A program made the translations under genes and the position numbers. Under the pieces are notes generated by a model that did not search any database, was not told the DNA's origin, and was given only the letters and a program-made list of their open reading frames with translations. Below are positions 44,535 to 53,074 of a DNA stretch of 64,000 nt, in pieces; position 1 is the stretch's first letter, and each line of letters opens with the position of its first letter. This stretch comes from Candidatus Fimenecus sp. (GTDB lineage: Bacteria; Bacillota; Clostridia; Oscillospirales; Acutalibacteraceae): positions 1,036 to 65,035 of the forward strand of contig JAZSHP010000005.1 of assembly GCA_045533355.1 (NCBI GenBank), given 5' to 3'.

Positions 44535-46175
44535 TTATTTCATTACCATACTTCTGTACTTATTTACATACCCATTTACATCTTGAGAGATTTTCTCGTA
44601 AGCATCAGAAAGGTTGTCAACCTCAAAGAATTTCTTTGCATCTTCTGGTGAACCATAGAAGCACAAGCTTCCTCCCGGTGCCATGAAAATAATCTTGTCA
44701 AACAAATGAATATTCTGCAATGTATGAGTAATTGCAATAATCGTCTTTCCTCGTTGTGATGAAAGCATCTGTAACTGCTTCATAAGATTTGTTTCTGCCT
44801 CAGGGTCAAGACCTGATGTAGGTTCGTCAAGGAAGAATAACAATGGGTCAGAAATCAACTCAACCGCAATAGATGCACGTTTTCTCTGTCCGCCACTAAG
44901 CTTTTTGATGAGTGTATCCTTCTGTTTTTCAAGTGCCATAGCCTGTAAAACTTCGTTTACACGCTGATTGATTTCAGCCTTTGTAATATCCTTTGGTAAT
45001 CGAAGCTTTGCAACATAAACCAACATATCAAACATTGTCAAATTATCATAAACAATGTCTTGCTGTGGCACATAGCCGATTTGTGATTTATAAACCTGAT
45101 AATTCTTATACAAGTCATTACCATTGAAATATACAGTACCACTTGTTGCAGGTTCAAAGCCATTGATTGCGTTCATAAGTGTTGTTTTACCGGCACCTGA
45201 ACCACCAAGAACAGCTACAAGCTCACCGGGATAAATAGTAAGAGAAACATCCTGTAATATGTATTTCTTATCTCCGCCATTGATACCTGTACCCTTCTTG
45301 CAAGGAACAATTCTTGAAAGATTTTCTACGCGAAGCTCAACACCACCACGACGAGCATGAACATCCGCCGGTAATTTCTGATTTTGTACAGACTTTGAAC
45401 GTGCATCGTGAAGATTTGTAACAGGTTTGTCCTCAATCCAGACTGATTTCTCTCTCTGTACAGCTTCAACAGGTGGATTTACATCATATATTGACTTTGG
45501 TGTACAATAAATCAACGCTGTTTTCAGATTTATGATTTTTGTGGAACGGATTACAACAGTATCATATTCCTTAAAAGGGATTGCCACACCCGGTTTAATT
45601 AAAGAACCGTTGAGGATTGTACCATTGGAGCTCTTTAAGTCAGTAATGAAGGTTTTGCCCTGTGAATCCCTTGAAACAAGAGCATGTCTTCTTGACGCAG
45701 AAAGCTCTGCTAAAACAATATCACACTGAGAAGGGTCTCTACCAATTAAGATTTTAGGATGTGATGAAGTTAAAGAACAAGCATTCCAGACATAGTCATT
45801 TCTTGTACTTGTTGAAAAGAGAATGTTAACAGTTTTGTCCCCTGTAACAGAGTTCACACCGATTGTAAGAATATCACCATCACGCAATTTTTGTGCTCTT
45901 GACGACATATTAGGCTCTTTCGGAATTTTCTTACCATTAAGAAATGTACCGTTTACATTTACACAATCAGTATAGTAATATTCCCCACGATAGTAGTTAA
46001 ATATTCCGTGTTGTGATGAAACAAGCTCGGAATCAAGTAAAACATCACACTTATTCCCCGGTTTTCTTCTGCCTATCGTTACCTGTGGCTGATTAATCAG
46101 TACACTTTTGATTTCGTTACCGCGGTCAAAGAAAACTAACTGTGCATAACGACTCTGGTAATTGTTTGCAGCCAT
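44535..46175 (-). CDS. FHA-FHA-ABC transporter ATP-binding protein (Rv1747-like N-terminal architecture)
   Basis: Two FHA domains are present (VTIGRRKPGNKCDVLL..VSSQHG...NVNGTFLNG and ILIGRDPSQCDIVL..SASRRHA...SSNGTILNG). They are followed by Walker A GGSGAGKTT, signature LSGGQRKR and Walker B LFFLDEPTSGLD. The ATG follows AGAGGGGA. Confidence 0.9.
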   Translation of the reverse strand: MAANNYQSRYAQLVFFDRGNEIKSVLINQPQVTIGRRKPGNKCDVLLDSELVSSQHGIFNYYRGEYYYTDCVNVNGTFLNGKKIPKEPNMSSRAQKLRDGDILTIGVNSVTGDKTVNILFSTSTRNDYVWNACSLTSSHPKILIGRDPSQCDIVLAELSASRRHALVSRDSQGKTFITDLKSSNGTILNGSLIKPGVAIPFKEYDTVVIRSTKIINLKTALIYCTPKSIYDVNPPVEAVQREKSVWIEDKPVTNLHDARSKSVQNQKLPADVHARRGGVELRVENLSRIVPCKKGTGINGGDKKYILQDVSLTIYPGELVAVLGGSGAGKTTLMNAINGFEPATSGTVYFNGNDLYKNYQVYKSQIGYVPQQDIVYDNLTMFDMLVYVAKLRLPKDITKAEINQRVNEVLQAMALEKQKDTLIKKLSGGQRKRASIAVELISDPLLFFLDEPTSGLDPEAETNLMKQLQMLSSQRGKTIIAITHTLQNIHLFDKIIFMAPGGSLCFYGSPEDAKKFFEVDNLSDAYEKISQDVNGYVNKYRSMVMK

Positions 46176-46324
46176 ATTTATCCCCTCTGTCCTTTGTTTT
46201 TATGTCTGTTTTTCAGATTTCAAGGTAATATTTATACCCCTTCAATTGAGCAATTTCCCATTAAAAAAATCCACTTTTTAATAGAGTAGATTACAAATGA
46301 ATACTATTACCCGATTATTTCTGC

Positions 46325-46353
46325 AATATAGCACAAACGATTTCTGTTGTCAA
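46325..46353 (-). promoter_or_regulatory. Sigma-A-type promoter of the kinase/FHA supercluster
   Basis: On the minus strand the sequence reads TTGACA (46353-46348), a 17-nt spacer, then TATATT (46330-46325). It sits about 150 nt upstream of the first ATG (46175) and immediately downstream of the preceding gene's terminator. Confidence 0.5.
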
Positions 46354-46382
46354 TAAAACCAATTTTTTTTGTAAGATAGCAC

Positions 46383-46413
46383 AAAAAAATGCACCTTCAT
46401 AAGTTGAAGATGC
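46383..46413 (-). terminator. Intrinsic terminator after the cohesin-dockerin gene
   Basis: On the minus strand a 9-bp stem with one G-U pair (GCATCTTCA-acuua-TGAAGGTGC) is followed by ATTTTTTTG. Confidence 0.6.
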
Positions 46414-46433
46414 ATAATACATTTTTAAATTTT

Positions 46434-47072
46434 TCAGGCAACTACCATTTCTAATATCTTACGAGCATCAATTGCTGTTACATTTCCGTCACCGTTCATA
46501 TCTGCAACTGCTAACTGACTGTCAGTGAGCTCTTTGTCTCCGACAACATACTGAAGAACATATCTTGCATCAATGCTTGTTACAAGTCCATTCTCATTTA
46601 CGTCGCCCATTTTTCCGGCTGAAACTGTAACTGTACCGTTTGAAACTGCACAAGAATGAGTTTTGCCGTCAGCATCAATGTTTTCACTGCTTGTAAGAGT
46701 CAATGCTGATGTACCTGAACCTTTAAGAATTTTAAACTTAACTGTAAATACCGTACCGCTTTTTTTATCATATGTACCAGCAAAAGTAACTGCTGAGCCA
46801 TTGTTATTCAGACTGCCTGAGCTGACAGCATCACCTTTACTGCAACTTACATATTCTAACTCTGATGAATTATAACGAAGACTTACAATACCACCCCAGA
46901 GTTCCACAGCTGAAGAAAGTTTTACACTTACAGTTACTGTATCACCTTTTTCACCACTTACATTTGTGACAGAGTAATTAACATCGGCCGCACTTGCACT
47001 TATTGTGAAAAAAGATGTCATAAGTACAACAAGTGACAAAATCACCGCTGTTATTTTTGTATTTCTTTTCAT
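46434..47072 (-). CDS. Secreted cohesin + dockerin (scaffoldin-like adaptor) protein
   Basis: ATG at 47072 follows AAGGTGA. It has a signal peptide ending ISASA and a cohesin-like beta-sandwich (VSGEKGDTVTVSVKLSS...GGIVSLRYNSSELEYV). The C-terminal dockerin has two Ca-binding repeats (GDVNENGLVTSIDA and DMNGDGNVTAIDA). Confidence 0.8.
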   Translation of the reverse strand: MKRNTKITAVILSLVVLMTSFFTISASAADVNYSVTNVSGEKGDTVTVSVKLSSAVELWGGIVSLRYNSSELEYVSCSKGDAVSSGSLNNNGSAVTFAGTYDKKSGTVFTVKFKILKGSGTSALTLTSSENIDADGKTHSCAVSNGTVTVSAGKMGDVNENGLVTSIDARYVLQYVVGDKELTDSQLAVADMNGDGNVTAIDARKILEMVVA

Positions 47073-47092
47073 AAATTTCACCTTGTAATAAG

Positions 47093-47147
47093 ATAAAAAA
47101 GACGGAGAAAAGGATAACCCAAACTGAATGCCCCCAAACTCCGTCTT
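47093..47147 (-). terminator. Possible terminator/attenuator after ftsZ
   Basis: A 9-bp perfect stem AAGACGGAG/CTCCGTCTT (47139-47147 with 47099-47107) has a long 31-nt loop. It is followed on the minus strand by TTTTTTATC. Confidence 0.4.
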
Positions 47148-47166
47148 AAATTTTCACTTATAATGA

Positions 47167-48249
47167 TTATCTTCTGCTCTTGAAGAGGTCAAGAATGTCA
47201 CCCATATCATCATCTGCACCGAAGCTACCGCTGTTTGAGCTGATATCTTCAACTGATGAGCTGTATGATGGTTTCTTAGCAACGCCGTTAGAATCAAGAC
47301 CAAAACCTGTTGCAATAACAGTAACAATCATTTCGTCGTCAAGCTTTTCGTCGAAAGCAACACCGAAGATGATGTTTGCATCTTCAGCAGCCTGTGCACG
47401 AACAATACCTGCTGCTGTGTCAACATCTTCAAGAGTGATGTCAGCAGAAGCAGTGATGCTGATGATAACACCCTTAGCACCTGTGATTGTTGTTTCAAGA
47501 AGTGGGCTGGAGATAGCAGCATTAGCAGCCATTTCAGCCTTATCCTTACCACTTGCACGACCGATACCCATATGAGCATGACCTGCATCCTTCATAACTG
47601 AAGTAACGTCAGCAAAGTCAAGGTTGATGAATGCCGGCATTGTAATAAGGTCTGTAACTGAGTTAACACCCTGACGAAGAACGTCGTCAGCAATGCTGAA
47701 GGCGTTAGCAAAAGTAATCTTCTGCTCTGAAACATACTTAAGTCTTTCATTAGGAATAACGATAAGAGAGTCAACATGCTGTGCAAGTTCTGCGATACCT
47801 GCTTCAGCCTGCTTCATTCTGTGACTACCTTCAAATGCGAAAGGCTTTGTAACGATACCAACTGTAAGGATACCTCTGTCCTTTGCAATTTCAGCAATAA
47901 TCGGAGCAGCACCTGTTCCTGTTCCGCCACCCATACCGGCTGTAACGAATACCATCTGAGCACCGTCGAGCTTTTCAACGATAGCGTCACGGCTTTCTTC
48001 TGCTGATTTCTGTCCGATTTCCGGTTTTGCACCTGCACCACGGCCTGCAGTAACCTTCTGGCCGATTGAAAGTGTTGAGTTAGCAAGTGAACGATTAAGA
48101 GCCTGCTGGTCTGTGTTGATAGCTACAAGTTCAACACCTGTAATGCCTGATTTTGCCATACGGTCAATTGCGTTTCCGCCGCCGCCACCAACGCCGATAA
48201 CTTTAATGTTTGCGATGTCCTGATACTGATTATCAATTTCGAATGCCAT
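47167..48249 (-). CDS. ftsZ: Cell-division GTPase FtsZ
   Basis: The tubulin signature [10 protein letters not shown] and the N-terminal [14 protein letters not shown] are present. The RBS is AGGAGGATG. Confidence 0.97.
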   Translation of the reverse strand: MAFEIDNQYQDIANIKVIGVGGGGGNAIDRMAKSGITGVELVAINTDQQALNRSLANSTLSIGQKVTAGRGAGAKPEIGQKSAEESRDAIVEKLDGAQMVFVTAGMGGGTGTGAAPIIAEIAKDRGILTVGIVTKPFAFEGSHRMKQAEAGIAELAQHVDSLIVIPNERLKYVSEQKITFANAFSIADDVLRQGVNSVTDLITMPAFINLDFADVTSVMKDAGHAHMGIGRASGKDKAEMAANAAISSPLLETTITGAKGVIISITASADITLEDVDTAAGIVRAQAAEDANIIFGVAFDEKLDDEMIVTVIATGFGLDSNGVAKKPSYSSSVEDISSNSGSFGADDDMGDILDLFKSRR

Positions 48250-48303
48250 TTTAACATCCTCCTATGTATATTTTCACACCTATTGATTTTATAGTTATAG
48301 GTT

Positions 48304-48332
48304 ATTTTAACATTATTAAAAAATAATTGCAA
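48304..48332 (-). promoter_or_regulatory. Candidate ftsZ-proximal promoter
   Basis: On the minus strand the sequence reads TTGCAA (48332-48327), a 17-nt spacer, then TAAAAT (48309-48304). The region is very AT-rich, so chance matches are likely. Confidence 0.3.
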
Positions 48333-48427
48333 TATATATTGTATATATTTTTTTACTTTTTTTATAAAATTAACAATTTTTTTATAGTTTTTTTAAATTT
48401 ATATTACCTATGGATTGCTTTGAAAGA

Positions 48428-49342
48428 TTATTCTTCTTTTTTTGTGGTTTCTTCCTGAGGTTTTTCCTGCTTTTCCTCGTTTTCTACAGGCTCGGGAGCA
48501 ACAGCCGGTGCAGTTGTTGAAACCTCTTCTGACCAATATCCTTTACCTTCAACCGTAAGGTTGATTGTGCCGCGATAAAGCTCATTTTCTTCATTCTGTT
48601 TCTCAATTGCAGCCTGACCGAGAGCAAGCTTAGAGCCTAATGCATCCTTACTCGTCTCACCCAATTCAAGAGTTATTCTTCCCTGATAAACAACTTTTAT
48701 GTTATGAATATCGGATAAGTCAATATTTGTTATTTCCTTAAAATTCAAATTTTCAAGTTCATCGATTAAATCTTTGATTTTACTGTGAATCTTTTCGTTT
48801 TTAAGTACGATTGTTTCACCCAATTTTGCGGACTCAATTTCTCCGAGATTCACAATAATAATATTGTCACCAACTGTTTCAAGTCCCTGTTCAAGAACCT
48901 TACCGCTGTTATCAAGAAGAGTGTAATATCCATCCGACATAATTGCCATATACGGATTGGCTTTTGTGATTACTATCTCAAGAGTTGACGGTAAACGCCT
49001 TTTAATATTTACAGAGCTTACATAAGCCAATTCTTTTGTTATCTTTTCGTTTATCTTTTTCTCTGAGAGGAATATCAGATTATCACCCTCGGCAACCTCT
49101 GACACCTCTATAATATTCGTTGCTGCATAAACAGTATCTCCGGTTACCTTGATAGTATTTATATTAAAAAACAAGGTCAAAGCAAGAACTGTACCGACAA
49201 TAAAAATTGTCAGTCCGAGCACCATACGAATGATAAGCTTCTTTCTTTTATTTTTACGTCTGCGAAGATTAGTTCGTTGAACGATTCTTTCATTATTTGA
49301 AAGCTGAACACGTTGATTTGTATTAGGTTTTCGAGTATTCAT
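48428..49342 (-). CDS. ftsQ: Cell-division protein FtsQ/DivIB (POTRA-containing)
   Basis: It has a basic N-terminus, a single TM, POTRA-like and FtsQ-like domains, and an E/K-rich tail. Its position between murA and ftsZ fits. The start overlaps the murA 3' end by 20 nt. Confidence 0.8.
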   Translation of the reverse strand: MNTRKPNTNQRVQLSNNERIVQRTNLRRRKNKRKKLIIRMVLGLTIFIVGTVLALTLFFNINTIKVTGDTVYAATNIIEVSEVAEGDNLIFLSEKKINEKITKELAYVSSVNIKRRLPSTLEIVITKANPYMAIMSDGYYTLLDNSGKVLEQGLETVGDNIIIVNLGEIESAKLGETIVLKNEKIHSKIKDLIDELENLNFKEITNIDLSDIHNIKVVYQGRITLELGETSKDALGSKLALGQAAIEKQNEENELYRGTINLTVEGKGYWSEEVSTTAPAVAPEPVENEEKQEKPQEETTKKEE

Positions 49343-50603
49343 CGTAATTCACCCTTTTTATATCCGCACCCAATAAACCAAGTACTTTTTCCGGTTCCTC
49401 ATATCCTCTGTCGATATGGTGTATTTCGGATATTTCTGTTATCCCGTCGGCACAAAGTCCTGCTAAAATCATAGCAGAGCCACCTCGCAAATCCGTGGCT
49501 TTAACATTGGCACAGTTAAGAGCCTTTACACCCTCAACAACTGCCATTCTGCCCTCGGCACTGATTTTAGCACCAAATCGCAGAAGCTCACCGATATGCT
49601 TAAACCGACTTTCAAATATATTTTCTACAAAGACACTTGTTCCTTCGGCAACTGTGGTCAGAGCCATCATCTGCGCCTGAACATCTGTGGGAAATCCCGG
49701 ATGTGGCATTGTGCGAATCATCCGTATTCGTTTAAGATGATTTGGTGCAACAAGTGTTACGTTTCTGCCGTTTACCGTTATGTGACAACCCGCTTCCCGC
49801 AAGGGTTGAATAATCGGTCCGATATGTGACGGAATTATGTTCTTCAAAGTGATTTTTCCACCCGTCATAGCAGCACCTATCATATATGTGGAGGCTACAA
49901 TTCGGTCAGGCAATATTGTATGCTCAGCACTATGCAACGAAGAAACACCTTCTATTGTAATTGTACTGTCACCTGCACCGTAAATTTTTGCTCCGCAACG
50001 ATTAAGGAAATCAGCCATATCACTTATTTCCGGCTCACGGGCAGCATTAGAAATCACTGTCATGCCCTTGGCAAGTGTTGCTGCAAGAATTATATTTTCA
50101 GTAGCACCTACGCTGGGAAAAGCAAGAGTAATCTTAGTACCAATTAGCCCCTTTTCCTTTGCAGAGCAATCAATAAAGCCGTTTTCAGTTTTGACTGTGG
50201 CACTGAATTGCTCCATAGCAGACAAATGCAGGTCAATAGGTCTTAGCCCTATTTCACAACCGCCCGGGGTTGACAGCACTGCTCTGCCCATTCTTCCCAT
50301 TATACCTCCGAGAAAAACAATTGAAGAACGCATTTCTCTCATCAGGTCATCGGGGACATCAAATTTTTCAACATTTGTTGAATCAACTGTTATTGTGTGC
50401 CCTTCACGGTTCACAATACAGCCCAGATATCGTAAAATTTTAACTGTTGCATCCACATCGGAAAGATATGGACAATTATGTATAACAGAAACACCCTCAA
50501 TCAGCAGAGTTGCCACAAGAATCGGCAGGACACTGTTTTTTGCTCCCTGAACCGGAATTTCTCCGTTAAGTTTATTTCTGCCCTTAACAATTATTTTATT
50601 CAA
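49323..50603 (-). CDS. murA: UDP-N-acetylglucosamine 1-carboxyvinyltransferase
   Basis: Full-length MurA-like sequence (VQGAKNSVLPIL; active-site region PGGCEIGLRPIDLH). Confidence 0.95.
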   Translation of the reverse strand: MNKIIVKGRNKLNGEIPVQGAKNSVLPILVATLLIEGVSVIHNCPYLSDVDATVKILRYLGCIVNREGHTITVDSTNVEKFDVPDDLMREMRSSIVFLGGIMGRMGRAVLSTPGGCEIGLRPIDLHLSAMEQFSATVKTENGFIDCSAKEKGLIGTKITLAFPSVGATENIILAATLAKGMTVISNAAREPEISDMADFLNRCGAKIYGAGDSTITIEGVSSLHSAEHTILPDRIVASTYMIGAAMTGGKITLKNIIPSHIGPIIQPLREAGCHITVNGRNVTLVAPNHLKRIRMIRTMPHPGFPTDVQAQMMALTTVAEGTSVFVENIFESRFKHIGELLRFGAKISAEGRMAVVEGVKALNCANVKATDLRGGSAMILAGLCADGITEISEIHHIDRGYEEPEKVLGLLGADIKRVNYDEYSKT

Positions 50604-50664
50604 TTTTCACACGCCCTTTACAATATATCACATACTATGCTGTTTGTGTGAAAACTGTTATTTA

Positions 50665-51777
50665 TCAAAGTGATGTAATTATCTTACAAATTTCAGAAAG
50701 AGCATTTGTCTTAGCATTTTTTCCTGCATTTTCAGAAATTTTACTAAGCTTTGCTCTGTCATTTTTAAGTTCAAGAATTTTATCGGCAAGCTTCTGACCG
50801 TCAAGGTCCTTCTGCTCGATAAGGATTGCACCGTCATTCTTGGCGAGCGCCATAGCATTATGGAACTGATGATTCTCTGCAACATTTGGTGACGGCACAA
50901 GGATTGAAGGCTTTTTGAGTGCCTCAATTTCAGAAATTGAACTTGCACCTGCTCGGCTTATTACCAAATCACAAGCTGAAAGACAGACATCCATATTGTC
51001 TATGTATTCACGAATTTCAATATTTGTTGAGTTTCCGTAGGAAATATTCTTCTCTTTAAGCTTATCTCCCACCCATTTTCCGTATTTGCCGGTTGAGTGT
51101 AAAAATCTTATATTGTCTTCATCTTTAAGTATTTCAAGCATTTCAACAACTGCGTTGTTAATGGCGTTTGCACCCAATGAGCCACCCATTGAAAGCACAA
51201 GCATATCATTGTTCTGAACGCCAAGAGAAGCACGGGAAAAATCACGGTCAGCCTTTATAATTTCGCGTCTTACAGGAAGACCTGTTACAACCGGAGGATT
51301 TTTACATTTCATATATTTTTCCGCTTCAATGGATGTAAGCATTACCTTGTCAACTTTTTTAGCAAGGGCTTTGTTTGCAACACCCGGAAAAGCGTTCTGC
51401 TCATGAATTGCAGTTTTAATGCCCATTTTTGCAGCTGTTTTAAGCACAGGACCTGTAACATAACCGCCAAAGCCTACAACCACATCGGGATTAAACTCTT
51501 TGATAATCTTCTTTGCAACTGAAGATGCCTTTAAAGTTAGCATTACAGTTTTTATATTTTCAATTAAGCCTTTGATTGTTTTTTTACGGCAGAAACCGTT
51601 CATCTTAACTGTTTTGATAGGAAATCCTGCTTTTGGAACGATTTGTGTTTCCATTCTGCCTTCTGTTCCCACAAAAAGAATTTCAGCCGATGGGTCAAGT
51701 CTTCTGATTTCAGTTGCCACAGCAACAGCAGGGTTAATATGACCACCTGTTCCACCTGCAACAAACATTACTCTCAC
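50665..51777 (-). CDS. murG: Undecaprenyldiphospho-muramoylpentapeptide beta-N-acetylglucosaminyltransferase
   Basis: GGTGGHINPA is present. GTG at 51777 lies 8 nt after AAGGAG and gives MRVMFVAGGTGGH. Confidence 0.93.
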   Translation of the reverse strand: MRVMFVAGGTGGHINPAVAVATEIRRLDPSAEILFVGTEGRMETQIVPKAGFPIKTVKMNGFCRKKTIKGLIENIKTVMLTLKASSVAKKIIKEFNPDVVVGFGGYVTGPVLKTAAKMGIKTAIHEQNAFPGVANKALAKKVDKVMLTSIEAEKYMKCKNPPVVTGLPVRREIIKADRDFSRASLGVQNNDMLVLSMGGSLGANAINNAVVEMLEILKDEDNIRFLHSTGKYGKWVGDKLKEKNISYGNSTNIEIREYIDNMDVCLSACDLVISRAGASSISEIEALKKPSILVPSPNVAENHQFHNAMALAKNDGAILIEQKDLDGQKLADKILELKNDRAKLSKISENAGKNAKTNALSEICKIITSL

Positions 51778-51811
51778 ACTAATCACTCCTTTTCATAATT
51801 TTTTGTGTTTA

Positions 51812-53041
51812 TCAGTCTCGTTTATTTACACTTCTTGAGACAGAAAGCACCATTCCCATTTCAGCAAGTAAAATAACAAGGGATGTACCACCTGCCGAGA
51901 AGAACGGAAGAGAAATACCTGTGTTTGGCAACAAGTCACTTACAACACCAATGTTGAGTGCTACCTGAATACCAACCTGGAACACAATGCCCATTACAAG
52001 CAATGCACTGAAACGGTCTTTTGCTCTCATTCCGATTTTAATTCCGCGATATATAAGTAATGCGAAAAGAACTATAATTGCAACTGCACCCACAAAGCCT
52101 AATTCCTCACATACAATTGAGAAAATAAAGTCATTCTGTGGTTCAGAAACATAAAGATGCTTCTGTTTTGACTGCCCAAGACCTGTTCCCAAAAATCCGC
52201 CTGAGCCGATTGCGTAAAGTGAATTATTTGTCTGCCAACGAGCACCCATAGGTGAATAGTCCTTATCAAGCCAGGCAACAATTCTTTCACCCGCATATTC
52301 CTGAAGAATTTTCGGATTTGCTATGAGCACAACTGCTGCAACGACAACTACGATAATTCCTATTACAAACCATTGTTTTCTGACCTCACCTAACCACAGC
52401 ATGGTGACTCCAAGTGCCAACATAAGAATTGTACCCGAAACGTGATGTTCAAGATAAACAAGACCGGCAAAAACACCGATTATTCCGACTAATCCAAAAA
52501 GTGTTGTTGTTGATTTGGTGATTATAACTCTGCCGTCACTCATCATATCAATTTTTTTACAAAGTCCCATTTCACTTGGTTCTTTGCCCTTGAGCTCATT
52601 GTGATACCTTTCCATCAACAAGGCAAGTATCATAATAAGAGCAATTTTTGCAATTTCTGATGGCTGGAAGGTTGTGAATCCAAGGTTAATCCAACGCTTG
52701 AAGCCCGGTTTGTATTCCGGCAAAACAAGAACTAACAGAAGGCATAACAACGAGACACCGCCAACAATCAATGTGACATATCTGAAATTAACACAATCAA
52801 TCTTTGATATGACCATCATTGCCACAAAGCCAAGTACCGCAAATATCATCTGTCGTGAGAAAATCTGTGTACTGCTTCCTCTGTTATAATAGCTGTAGGT
52901 GTAACTTGCGGAAAACAGCATTATAAGACCGATTGTCACAATTGACATAAGTATTATAAAGAATGGAATATCAATTGAGCCCTTTGCGAAAAGTGAATTT
53001 ACCAAGGATTTTTTCTTTTTTACATTCTGTCTTGTTGCCAT
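51812..53041 (-). CDS. ftsW: SEDS-family peptidoglycan glycosyltransferase FtsW/SpoVE
   Basis: A 10-TM SEDS protein (QPSEIAKI, LPNTGISLPFFSAGGTS) in the expected dcw position. Confidence 0.9.
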   Translation of the reverse strand: MATRQNVKKKKSLVNSLFAKGSIDIPFFIILMSIVTIGLIMLFSASYTYSYYNRGSSTQIFSRQMIFAVLGFVAMMVISKIDCVNFRYVTLIVGGVSLLCLLLVLVLPEYKPGFKRWINLGFTTFQPSEIAKIALIMILALLMERYHNELKGKEPSEMGLCKKIDMMSDGRVIITKSTTTLFGLVGIIGVFAGLVYLEHHVSGTILMLALGVTMLWLGEVRKQWFVIGIIVVVVAAVVLIANPKILQEYAGERIVAWLDKDYSPMGARWQTNNSLYAIGSGGFLGTGLGQSKQKHLYVSEPQNDFIFSIVCEELGFVGAVAIIVLFALLIYRGIKIGMRAKDRFSALLVMGIVFQVGIQVALNIGVVSDLLPNTGISLPFFSAGGTSLVILLAEMGMVLSVSRSVNKRD

Positions 53042-53074
53042 TTTCTCACCACCTGTTTAACAAATTATTTGTAA

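Noticed and set aside
28464-46175. Interpreting the kinase/FHA/vWA locus as an anti-phage or toxin-type conflict system
   Set aside because: No nuclease, NTPase-STAND, TIR, pore-forming, protease or other effector-like domain is recognisable. The only outputs visible are an ABC exporter and a LytTR regulator, and the locus sits between core genes next to the dcw cluster. A defence role cannot be excluded, but the sequence does not support it.
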